From contig NZ_SODD01000013.1 of NCBI RefSeq assembly GCF_004365815.1, positions 18,978 through 50,977 on the forward strand: DNA of 32,000 nt, in the 5' to 3' direction. Source of the DNA: Breznakia blatticola. GTDB taxonomy: Bacteria; Bacillota_I; Bacilli_A; Erysipelotrichales; Erysipelotrichaceae. Positions 1 to 7,975 of this stretch are shown here, in pieces. The translations under genes were made by a program, and so were the position numbers. How positions within the stretch are numbered: the stretch's first letter is position 1; each line of letters opens with the position of its first letter. Under the pieces are notes generated by a model. The model was not told the origin of the DNA, did not search any database, and was given only the letters and a program-made list of their open reading frames with translations.

Positions 1-1230
1 AGTGAAAACTGCAACGATAGAACACAACCACAAAGTTTTTTAGAAGAACCAAACAAAAATTCAAACATCAAAAAAGTCATTGGGATTGTTAGTGGAAAAG
101 GTGGTGTAGGAAAATCACTTGTTACTTCCCTACTTGCTGCAAACATGCAAAAGCAAGGATATCTGAGTGCAATACTTGATGGTGATATTACGGGTCCATC
201 CATTCCTAAAGCATTTGGAATCAAGGATAAAGCATATGGAAATGATAGTGGGATGTTTCCTGCAACATCAAGTACTGGAGTAAAACTATTCTCTACGAAT
301 ATGTTGCTGCAAAACGAAAGTGATCCTGTTGTATGGAGAGGCCCTGTTATCGCTGGAATGATCAAACAATTTTGGCAAGAAGTACAATGGGGTGATGTAG
401 ATTACATGTTTGTAGATATGCCTCCAGGAACAGGAGATGTTCCACTTACGGTATTCCAATCTTTACCAGTAGATGGAATCATCATTGTAACCAGTCCGCA
501 AGAACTTGTTTCGATGATTGTAGAAAAAGTTGTAAACATGGCAAATATGATGCAAATTCCTGTACTGGGTATCGTAGAAAATATGAGTTACTTTATATGC
601 GATTCATGCAATAAAGAGCATCACATTTTTGGTGATAGTCACCTTGATGAGATTGCAGAGCGCTTTAATGTTGATTGTATTGCTCGTTTACCAATGGATC
701 CAAGTATTGCTCACCAAGTAGATAAAGGATTAATCGAAGATCTTGATATTCCACAAATTCAACCAATTGTAGAAATGTTAAAAAAAGTAGAAAGTTTACA
801 TGCTACAAATACAGAAGATACAGCCAAAACAATAAACGAAGTTATTGCTATTCCATATGATAAAGGACAAGTTTTCCAACATTTTGGAAAAACAAAAGAA
901 TTTAAAATCTACACAGTAGTAGATAATGAAATTACAAACCAACGCATCATATCCGCAGGTAGTGCAGGACATCACGAACTAGTTCATGTTCTTTTAGAAT
1001 ATGATGTGACTACACTTTTATGTGGTGGTATGGGTAATGGTGCAAAAGATGCAAATGAAGCTGCTGGAATTACTGTATACACTGGATTTAGCGGTAGTTG
1101 TGAACAAGCAATTGCTAACTACATCGCTGGTAATGTACAACTTTCAAGTAATGCAACTTGTAATCACCACGACCATGATCATCATCATGATCATGACCAC
1201 CAATGTAGTGGAAACTGCTCAAACCATTAA
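1..1230 (+). CDS. Mrp/ApbC/NBP35-family P-loop Fe-S cluster carrier ATPase fused to a C-terminal NifB/NifX-type (FeMo-cofactor-binding fold) domain and a His/Asp-rich tail; the 5' end runs off the window
   Basis: Frame 1 is open from base 1. Upstream of the tracked Met145 it encodes ...NIKKVIGIVSGKGGVGKSLVTS, the deviant Walker A of the Mrp/MinD clade. Further motifs are DMPPGTGD and the CDSC (CxxC) motif typical of Mrp/NBP35. The C-terminal ~110 aa (AIPYDKGQVFQHFGKTKEFKIY...LLCGGMGNGA...) resemble the NifB/NifX/NafY-type domain. The protein ends HHDHDHHHDHDHQCSGNCSNH. Confidence 0.85.
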   Translation, partial: SENCNDRTQPQSFLEEPNKNSNIKKVIGIVSGKGGVGKSLVTSLLAANMQKQGYLSAILDGDITGPSIPKAFGIKDKAYGNDSGMFPATSSTGVKLFSTNMLLQNESDPVVWRGPVIAGMIKQFWQEVQWGDVDYMFVDMPPGTGDVPLTVFQSLPVDGIIIVTSPQELVSMIVEKVVNMANMMQIPVLGIVENMSYFICDSCNKEHHIFGDSHLDEIAERFNVDCIARLPMDPSIAHQVDKGLIEDLDIPQIQPIVEMLKKVESLHATNTEDTAKTINEVIAIPYDKGQVFQHFGKTKEFKIYTVVDNEITNQRIISAGSAGHHELVHVLLEYDVTTLLCGGMGNGAKDANEAAGITVYTGFSGSCEQAIANYIAGNVQLSSNATCNHHDHDHHHDHDHQCSGNCSNH

Positions 1231-1251
1231 CAAACATAATGTAAATAACTA

Positions 1252-1276
1252 ACAAGCCTTAACTCGGCTTGTTTTT
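1252..1276 (+). terminator. Rho-independent terminator of the Mrp-NifX gene
   Basis: Stem ACAAGCC (1252-1258) pairs with GGCTTGT (1266-1272) across a 7-nt loop and is followed by TTTT. It lies about 20 nt after the stop codon. Confidence 0.6.
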
Positions 1277-1308
1277 ATATATTCATAAATTAGTCAATCG
1301 ATACACAT

Positions 1309-1332
1309 AAAAAGGGAAGCTGCTTACTTCCC
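1309..1332 (-). terminator. Rho-independent terminator of the adhesin gene
   Basis: The minus strand reads GGGAAG-taagcag-CTTCCC followed by TTTTT, about 30 nt after the stop of the 1365..4628 gene. It is convergent with the 1252-1276 terminator. Confidence 0.55.
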
Positions 1333-1364
1333 TTCTGTTTCTCGTATTTTACTAAAGCTATATA

Positions 1365-4300
1365 TTATTTCGCTTTTCTAGTTCTCTTTGTAATTACAAA
1401 GACACCAGTTGCTAATAGAAGTAGTGATAAGTATGCCAATGCATTTGTAGTATCACCTGTCGCAATTGACGGAAGAACTTTTACTTCTTCTTTTTTATTG
1501 TCTTGTTTTGGTTCTTCTGGCGCAACTGAAGGTGCACGTTTAACATATACTACGTTAAATACGTTATCTTCTGTTTTTTCAATACTAATTGTTAGTGATT
1601 GTTTATCAGCTGCTTGATACATATATGTTGCATCTTTACTTAAAAAGTATTTTACATTGATATCACTTAATTGAATTACATCACCATCAGCATACAGTGA
1701 TTCAGAAGTATAACTTCCAATATAGTTATCTGCATCTGTACTTGAACCAACTACATCTTCCCAGAAGTGAACTGTATAATCTGTAGTTTCAGCTTCAACT
1801 TCTGATAATGCATATTTCACTTTAATTACATTTGTTTGCACATCCTCAGTAACTTTTAACACGTATTGTTTACTTGGTTGATCTGAAGCTAATTCATAAA
1901 TTGAATCTAAGCTATTATCGACAAGTTTTTGTTGCGCATCACTTATCGAGTAGAAAACATCAGTTCCATGTTCCGTAATTGGGAAAACTGTTGTCCAATC
2001 ATTGTTAATCACAAAGTCACCTGCTTCATTTTCAAAGTAGTACTCAACTCGATATGCTGTTTTCTTGTATACATAAACACGGTTAATTACTTGATCTGGA
2101 GCATCAACTGTAGGTGTTACAGTCGTTGAAGCATCTGATTGTAATACATATCCTTCATCTATAAACTTCTTATCTAACTCTCCGCCACTAGTTGTGTCTG
2201 TTAGTGATAAGTAAGAAACGTATCCTGTAGCAGAATCCATCAATACTTCCGTTTGGTTTCTAGGACCACCAACAAATGAAGCATTTACTTTGACAGATGC
2301 TGGTTTGTATTTGTGTGTGATTGTAACAGTATATGTTTTTCCAGCTTCTACAGTGAATCCATCTTTCAAGACACCACTAGAATCAACAATATCTGTTTGA
2401 TCAGCAATATGTTTTTTGTCATCAAAAGCACGACTTAAATGACTTGCATCTACAAACTCTGAACCATGATATACCTCAACTGAATGTGAATCGATACTAT
2501 TTTTATCTGTTGATCCAATTTCTTGTTCGTAATGTACGAATTGAATTGTAGCCATTCCGTTATTTGGCAATGACTTATAGTAGATTTTATAAACATTATC
2601 ATCTGCATTTCTTTTTATTTCTAAGCTAAGAATCGGTGATTTCGCTGTATCCAACATATAAAGTTGGCGATCTGATGATTCACTCACCCCATTTAAAAAT
2701 GCATTTTGAATATTTACATTGTTGTATGTAAGATTTTCAATCGAATAAGTTTTTCCAACTTCTACTTTTGAATTTGTTCCAAGAATCTCACTTGAAGAAA
2801 GAGTTTTCATTGGAGAACTTTGATCATCTAAATAGTATTCTACTTTAAAGTCTTGTTCTACAATTTTCTCTTGATAAATAACATCAATACCAACTGGTTC
2901 AATAGTTACATAATTACCACTAGTTGCTCTTGCATTTGTTAATGTAGCAGTATTTGCTCCAAATCTAACGAATTCATAAGTAACTCCATCAACAGTAATT
3001 TCTGCAGGAATTGAATCCTTTGTAGTTGTATTATCAATACTTACACTACGATTAGTACTATCCAAATTGATTGTCTTTGTAGGTGTTGAAGAATTTAATA
3101 CTTGTGGATTTTTACCAGTTTTGTATTGGTTTAAATCCGTTGAAAGAAGTTCATCACCTTTAGTTTTTGTAGCCTCATCGATTTTAAAGAAATTAAATTG
3201 ATATCCATATGTATTTTCCCAATAAAACTCTGTTGAACCAGTAATGTTTATTGTTTTATCGCCATACGTATAATTTACTCCATTGTTCTCTGTAAGGTTC
3301 GTTTTATACCAACCATCTTGTAAATAACTACCATTATTATCAATATCTTTAATTTTTACTCGTATCGTTCCTTCCGTTGTATTTTTACCATCTACATTTA
3401 ATGGAAATCTAATTACATTATCTTGTACTTGAATACCTGTTACATCTGATGTTACATATTCCATCCATTCAGGAAGTGTATCAGTAATAGTTCCTTGACC
3501 ACTGTAATACTCTTCTTTCATTGCTTCAGCTACAGCTTGTGCTGCATTCTTAACTGCCTGTGCATCTGCACATGTGTAGTAATACTTTTCTGTTGTACTT
3601 CCACTTTTGTAAGAAGAAACCTGTTTTAGAACATCTACATCAATACTCGCACCAACTGTAAAAATAGTCTTACCGTTTTCCTTAATTGCAGTTGCTTGAT
3701 TAATTGTATTTTTATTGTTTGTACTTGATGTATCTTTTCCATTACCAACTACAGTATTCGATGAGTTATCTTTATAGGAATATGTAGGTTCTCCATCACT
3801 TAATAAAAAGATAATTTCTTTTCCTTTTTTTGATGAATCCGTTTTTGCTAAATCATCTAACTCTGTATTGGCTTTTCTTAGTGCTTTTTGAATAAAAGTT
3901 GCACTACCTACATTTCCTTTATCTGTAGTATCATCGTAACCATTGTTAATATCAGGTAAAGGCACACCATATTTATCAACTTTTTGATCACCTTTTTTAT
4001 ATTTTAAAGTATAGTCATATACATCCATACAACCGAATGAACTACAAATTTTTTTATAAATTTTTTGTTGTCCATCCTTTTCATAAACTTGTTTAACAAT
4101 GTCCGTTTTATAAACTGGTTCATCATGGCGCCATACTTTAGCATCTACATCATCACCAAAAGTAACCACTTTAAACGAAACACCAGGATGATCAACATCA
4201 TTATCACTCGTCTTACCAAACTCTTTTAGCAAGTCATCAGAAATTGTTTTGATCATTTTCTCCGATTCAACTAATAAATTCTTCTTTCCATTTGAATTGT

Positions 4301-4628
4301 ACATACTATTACTATCATCTAATAAAAATACAATATTTAGTCTTTCTTTTGTTTTGATAGTCTTTGATTTTCCAGTAGTACCAAAAGTGATATCATATTG
4401 TCCTTCAATCTCTTTTCCATTTTCATCTACTGCTTGTTTAACTGTTTTAGTCAGTTTAACTTCATCATTACTTGCTTCCTGTTTTGCATTTTTCAATTCA
4501 TATGCATCTGGCAAGTTCGTTTCCGCCTTAACTGACTGCAAGTCTCCCATAAAGATGGCACCAAGAACTAATGCAAACGTTAATATGCTTAGTGTGATTT
4601 TCCTTATGCCTAATTTTGTTTTTTTCAT
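1365..4628 (-). CDS. Large secreted, cell-wall-anchored adhesin: signal peptide, VWA domain, repeated MucBP-like beta modules, LPXTG-like sorting signal
   Basis: RBS AGGAGGA lies 6 nt upstream of the ATG. The N-terminus MKKTKLGIRKITLSILTFALVLGAIFMGDLQSVKA|ET is a signal peptide. VWA/MIDAS motifs are NIVFLLDDSNSM (DxSxS, aa 104-108), IIFLLSDGEPTY and TIFTVGAS. At least 5 degenerate ~90-aa modules start [YF]xVx[YF][YW] and end NVxKVxY (for example YRVEYYFENE...NVIKVKY and FKVEYYLDDQ...NVYKIYY). The C-terminus is LPSIATG (nt 1455-1475), then a hydrophobic span, then KRTRKAK. Confidence 0.88.
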   Translation of the reverse strand: MKKTKLGIRKITLSILTFALVLGAIFMGDLQSVKAETNLPDAYELKNAKQEASNDEVKLTKTVKQAVDENGKEIEGQYDITFGTTGKSKTIKTKERLNIVFLLDDSNSMYNSNGKKNLLVESEKMIKTISDDLLKEFGKTSDNDVDHPGVSFKVVTFGDDVDAKVWRHDEPVYKTDIVKQVYEKDGQQKIYKKICSSFGCMDVYDYTLKYKKGDQKVDKYGVPLPDINNGYDDTTDKGNVGSATFIQKALRKANTELDDLAKTDSSKKGKEIIFLLSDGEPTYSYKDNSSNTVVGNGKDTSSTNNKNTINQATAIKENGKTIFTVGASIDVDVLKQVSSYKSGSTTEKYYYTCADAQAVKNAAQAVAEAMKEEYYSGQGTITDTLPEWMEYVTSDVTGIQVQDNVIRFPLNVDGKNTTEGTIRVKIKDIDNNGSYLQDGWYKTNLTENNGVNYTYGDKTINITGSTEFYWENTYGYQFNFFKIDEATKTKGDELLSTDLNQYKTGKNPQVLNSSTPTKTINLDSTNRSVSIDNTTTKDSIPAEITVDGVTYEFVRFGANTATLTNARATSGNYVTIEPVGIDVIYQEKIVEQDFKVEYYLDDQSSPMKTLSSSEILGTNSKVEVGKTYSIENLTYNNVNIQNAFLNGVSESSDRQLYMLDTAKSPILSLEIKRNADDNVYKIYYKSLPNNGMATIQFVHYEQEIGSTDKNSIDSHSVEVYHGSEFVDASHLSRAFDDKKHIADQTDIVDSSGVLKDGFTVEAGKTYTVTITHKYKPASVKVNASFVGGPRNQTEVLMDSATGYVSYLSLTDTTSGGELDKKFIDEGYVLQSDASTTVTPTVDAPDQVINRVYVYKKTAYRVEYYFENEAGDFVINNDWTTVFPITEHGTDVFYSISDAQQKLVDNSLDSIYELASDQPSKQYVLKVTEDVQTNVIKVKYALSEVEAETTDYTVHFWEDVVGSSTDADNYIGSYTSESLYADGDVIQLSDINVKYFLSKDATYMYQAADKQSLTISIEKTEDNVFNVVYVKRAPSVAPEEPKQDNKKEEVKVLPSIATGDTTNALAYLSLLLLATGVFVITKRTRKAK

Positions 4629-4660
4629 ACTTTCCTCCTTCTAAAACACACAGTAACTAT

Positions 4661-4703
4661 TTACATAAGAAAAACTCATGTAAATAAAAGACTTACATGA
4701 GTT
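4661..4703 (-). promoter_or_regulatory. Leader element upstream of the adhesin gene: three copies of a 9-mer forming a terminator-like hairpin, an alternative hairpin, or an operator
   Basis: The plus strand reads TTACATAAG(4661-4669)-aaaaa-CTCATGTAA(4675-4683)-ataaaagac-TTACATGAG(4693-4701). On the mRNA strand this gives AACTCATGTAA-gtcttttat-TTACATGAGTT (11-bp perfect stem) followed by TTTTTCTT. The element lies 33-75 nt upstream of the ATG at 4628. Confidence 0.5.
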
Positions 4704-4861
4704 GCATTATAAAAAGATTCAGTTTTATCAAAGCGAATATAGCAAAAAGATACACTTAAAAAAGCATACAAACAAACACAACACCTATACTGGCTTTGCC
4801 TATAAACGGAACAATCCTTAAATTAAAACAACACACATTTAATCTTCTTTGTTACAGTTTT

Positions 4862-4890
4862 ATTTTAATACTATATTTATTTAATGTAAA
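4862..4890 (-). promoter_or_regulatory. Candidate sigma-A promoter for the adhesin gene
   Basis: The minus strand reads TTTACA (4890-4885), 17 nt, TAAAAT (4867-4862). This implies a 5' UTR of about 225 nt. A second TATAAT (4711-4706) lies next to the 9-mer cluster but has no well-spaced -35. Confidence 0.4.
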
Positions 4891-4954
4891 GATTTTTGTT
4901 TTTAAATTTATAATTAATTCTTATTTATAAAATTTGTGTTTTATAGTATAGGTA

Positions 4955-4982
4955 GTAAACAAAAAGCTACCGAAGTAGCTTT
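4955..4982 (-). terminator. Rho-independent terminator of rpsB-tsf
   Basis: The minus strand reads AAAGCTAC-ttcg-GTAGCTTT followed by TTGTTT, 10 nt after the tsf stop. Confidence 0.7.
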
Positions 4983-4991
4983 CATTTTAAA

Positions 4992-5879
4992 TTATTTATT
5001 GATTTGGTTCATTACTTCTTCAGCGAAGTTTTCTTCTCTTTTTTCGATTCCTTCACCTACAGCGTAACGTACGAATGTCACAACTTCAGCGTTGTTGCTC
5101 TTTAAGTATTGAGCAACTTTTTGGTTAGGATCTTTGAAGTAAATTTGGTCAATTAAACTTACATCTTGTAATGATTTAGATAAACGACCTTCAACGATTC
5201 CTTTAAGAACGTTTTCTGGTTTTGATTTTAAACTTTCATCATTGTTTAAGATTTCAGTTTGAATTTGTCTTTCTTTGTCAATAAATTCTTGTGGCATGTG
5301 GTCACGAGAAATGTATTGTGGAGACATTGATGCAACTTGCATTGCGATGTCTTTAGCAACTTCATCATTTCCACCTTTAAGCACAGTTAAAGCAGAAATT
5401 TTTCCACCCATGTGCATGTAAGCTCCAAATACGTCATCAGCAGTTTTTTCAACTACTTCAAAACGACGAAGTGAAATTCTTTCACCGATTGTTGCTGTTG
5501 CGTTAGCGATTGTAGTTTCAAGTGTATCACCTTCAGTAACTAATGCTAATGCACTATCCATATCGCTTGGTTTGTTTGATAATAAAATTCCTTGAATTTT
5601 ATCTAATAATTCAGTGAATTGTTCGTTTTTCGCAACGAAGTCTGTTTCTGAGTTAACTTCGAAGATTACAGCGATGTTTCCATCAGTTGCAACACGAGTT
5701 AATCCTTCAGCAGCAATTCTTCCTGATTTTTTTGCAGCTTTAGCAATACCTTTTTCACGTAGCCATTCAGCTGCTTTATCCATATCACCGTCAGTTTCTT
5801 GAAGGGCTTTTTTACAGTCCATCATCCCTGCGCCTGTTCTTTCTCTAAGTTCTTTTACCATTGCAGCAGTAATTGTCAT
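4992..5879 (-). CDS. tsf: Translation elongation factor Ts
   Basis: The N-terminus TAAMVKELRERTGAGMMDCKKAL is the canonical EF-Ts UBA-like N-terminus. Length is 295 aa and the gene sits immediately downstream of rpsB. Confidence 0.97.
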   Translation of the reverse strand: MTITAAMVKELRERTGAGMMDCKKALQETDGDMDKAAEWLREKGIAKAAKKSGRIAAEGLTRVATDGNIAVIFEVNSETDFVAKNEQFTELLDKIQGILLSNKPSDMDSALALVTEGDTLETTIANATATIGERISLRRFEVVEKTADDVFGAYMHMGGKISALTVLKGGNDEVAKDIAMQVASMSPQYISRDHMPQEFIDKERQIQTEILNNDESLKSKPENVLKGIVEGRLSKSLQDVSLIDQIYFKDPNQKVAQYLKSNNAEVVTFVRYAVGEGIEKREENFAEEVMNQINK

Positions 5880-5908
5880 AGTAAGTCTCCTTTCTTTACG
5901 TTATGTAA

Positions 5909-6886
5909 TTATGCTTCTTTGTTTTCTTCAGTTTTTGGAGCTGCAGCAGCTTCAGCTGGTTTGTTAGCTGGTCTGTTTCCACCTTGTGCTCCACGGTTGT
6001 CATCACGACGTCCTTGGTATGGTTTTCTTGGTCCACGGTTGTCACGTCCATCACGTTTGTTAGCGAAACGAGCACGACGTTCTTCGTATTTAGCACGACG
6101 ACGACGTTCGTTTTCAGCGATTTGTTCTTCAACGTTAACGATAACATCTTTCATAGTTACATCTGGTTCAGTATCATTTGCACATGAGTGAGCAACTGAT
6201 AATAATCCACCTTTAGCTTCAACAATTGCATCAGCCATTAATGTAACGATTAATTTAATTGCACGCATTGCATCATCATTTGATGCGATTGGGTAATCAA
6301 CTTCTTCTGGGTCACAGTTTGTGTCGATCATTGCGAATACAGGAATTCCTAATTTCTTAGCTTCTGCAACTGCGTTGTGTTCTTCTTTTGGATCAACAAC
6401 GAAAACTGCATCTGGAAGTTTTTTCATTTCTTTAATTCCACCTAAGAAGTTTTCTAAACGAGCTTTTTGTTTACGGAATTGCGCTTGTTCTTTTTTCGTG
6501 TATACATCGATTAATCCAGTTGATTCCATTTCTTCAATTTCGATTAAACGTTTTACACGTTTTTGGATTGTACGGTAGTTAGTTAATAATCCACCTAACC
6601 ATCTTTGGTTTACATAGAAACTTCCTGAACGTAATGCTTCTTCAACGATAGTTCCTTGTGCTTGTTTTTTTGTTCCAACAAATAATACTTTTCCACCTTT
6701 TTCAGCGATTGCTTTCATTGCAGCGTAAGCAGTATCGATTTGTTTTTCAGTTTCTTCTAAGTTAATGATGTATACACCATTTCTTGATCCATAAATATAT
6801 GGTTTCATTTTTGGGTTCCATCTTCTTGTTTGGTGTCCGAAGTGTACACCTGATTCTAATAGTTGTCTCATTGAAACAATTGACAT
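5909..6886 (-). CDS. rpsB: 30S ribosomal protein S2 with a ~70-aa Arg/Gly/Lys-rich C-terminal extension
   Basis: [27 protein letters not shown]... is the canonical S2 N-terminus. A GAGG RBS is present. The tail reads [66 protein letters not shown]. Confidence 0.97.
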   Translation of the reverse strand: MSIVSMRQLLESGVHFGHQTRRWNPKMKPYIYGSRNGVYIINLEETEKQIDTAYAAMKAIAEKGGKVLFVGTKKQAQGTIVEEALRSGSFYVNQRWLGGLLTNYRTIQKRVKRLIEIEEMESTGLIDVYTKKEQAQFRKQKARLENFLGGIKEMKKLPDAVFVVDPKEEHNAVAEAKKLGIPVFAMIDTNCDPEEVDYPIASNDDAMRAIKLIVTLMADAIVEAKGGLLSVAHSCANDTEPDVTMKDVIVNVEEQIAENERRRRAKYEERRARFANKRDGRDNRGPRKPYQGRRDDNRGAQGGNRPANKPAEAAAAPKTEENKEA

Positions 6887-7019
6887 AAATAAGTCCTCTC
6901 TTTCCGTTACTCCTCCATCAATTCAAAAGTTGATAACTCATTGTCGCTAGGATTCTTCCTGCTAGAGCACGGATCAACCAATTCTTGATGTGTGTAGTCG
7001 TGTCTTCACACGCTTTGGT

Positions 7020-7048
7020 ATTGTACCACAAACAAAACCTTTATTCAA
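7020..7048 (-). promoter_or_regulatory. Candidate sigma-A promoter of rpsB-tsf (extended -10)
   Basis: The minus strand reads TTGAAT (7048-7043), 17 nt ending in TGg, TACAAT (7025-7020). This predicts a ~125-nt leader. Confidence 0.5.
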
Positions 7049-7069
7049 TAGGGTTTAAGAAAAACGCAT

Positions 7070-7975
7070 TTACGTTCTTGCACGTGGAAATGCGCTTTCA
7101 TATGTTGATTTTAATTTATCTTGACTTATATGTGTATAAATCTGGGTTGTGCTTAGTGAACTATGCCCCAACAACTCTTGTACAATTCGTAAATCTGCAC
7201 CATTATCTAGTAAATGTGTCGCAAAACTATGACGTAACATATGTGGATGAACATGCATGTTCAAACCACTTTGCAATACACATTGATTGAGTATGTATTG
7301 AATTCCCCGACTTGTAAGTTGTTTTCCTTTTTGATTGATAAACACATATCCATGCGTTTCATGAGTCCATCTTTCTCTTATTGTTTTTAAATATGTATCC
7401 ACTAGTTTTCCAACTCGATCATAAAATGGAACCATGCGCTGCTTATCACCTTTACCAGTGACAATTAGTGTTTGATCTGCAAAATCAATATCACTGATTT
7501 TTAGATTCACCGCTTCACTGACCCGTAAGCCACAAGCATACATTAATTCAAACATCGCACGATTACGTAAACCGACTTCATCATGTATATCCATCGCATC
7601 TAGTAATTGATCCAATTCATCTTCAAATAAGAACTCAGGAATCTTTTTATCGATTTTTGGCATCTTTACATAATGAAATGGGTTGTTTGATATTCCAATA
7701 TATTCATTTAAATAAGCGAAAAATGAACGTAAGGAACTCAGTTTTCTAGCAATGCTACTATTTTTAAGTGGCCCTTGTAAACTTGTACGATTTCGCAGCT
7801 CTACAATATAGTTACTCACAACTAAGCGATCCACTTCTTCAAAACCATTTAGACTTTCTTGATTCATAAATTGCATAAAGTCATCAATATCTCGTTTGTA
7901 TGCTTCATACGTATGTTCACTACCAGAGTTTCTTTGCTTGGTGTAGTTTAAGAAACGTTCAACGTATTCATTCAT
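7070..7975 (-). CDS. xerC: Tyrosine site-specific recombinase XerC/CodV type
   Basis: An N-terminal SAM-like domain is followed by the C-terminal catalytic region ...[36 protein letters not shown] (R..HxxR..Y). Its position after topA-trmFO matches B. subtilis codV. The start overlaps the trmFO stop (ATGA). Confidence 0.9.
   Translation of the reverse strand: MNEYVERFLNYTKQRNSGSEHTYEAYKRDIDDFMQFMNQESLNGFEEVDRLVVSNYIVELRNRTSLQGPLKNSSIARKLSSLRSFFAYLNEYIGISNNPFHYVKMPKIDKKIPEFLFEDELDQLLDAMDIHDEVGLRNRAMFELMYACGLRVSEAVNLKISDIDFADQTLIVTGKGDKQRMVPFYDRVGKLVDTYLKTIRERWTHETHGYVFINQKGKQLTSRGIQYILNQCVLQSGLNMHVHPHMLRHSFATHLLDNGADLRIVQELLGHSSLSTTQIYTHISQDKLKSTYESAFPRART

Noticed and set aside
1141-1230. 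CAC/CAT/GAC/GAT-rich run encoding the His-Asp tail, considered as a slippage-prone simple sequence repeat
   Set aside because: The codons are heterogeneous rather than a perfect tandem repeat, so phase variation by slippage is unlikely.
4792-4800. GGCAAAGCC in the adhesin leader (minus strand), reminiscent of the GCAAAGCC element of c-di-GMP-I (GEMM) riboswitches
   Set aside because: The partner GGGCAAACC element and the P1/P2 helices are not present in the right positions. A 9-nt match alone is not evidence.
5799-6191. Long ORFs in other frames/strands over the 3' end of rpsB (5799..6191 +, 5896..6147 -, 5984..6187 +)
   Set aside because: These are shadow ORFs created by the low-complexity Arg/Gly/Lys-rich coding sequence of the S2 tail. 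They have no RBS and lie fully inside a confidently called ribosomal protein gene.
7049-7069. Possible terminator after xerC (AAACCCT-attgaata-AAGGTTT)
   Set aside because: The stem has only ~5 contiguous pairs with a mismatch, and the U-tract is poor. It also overlaps the rpsB -35, so it is too weak to call.
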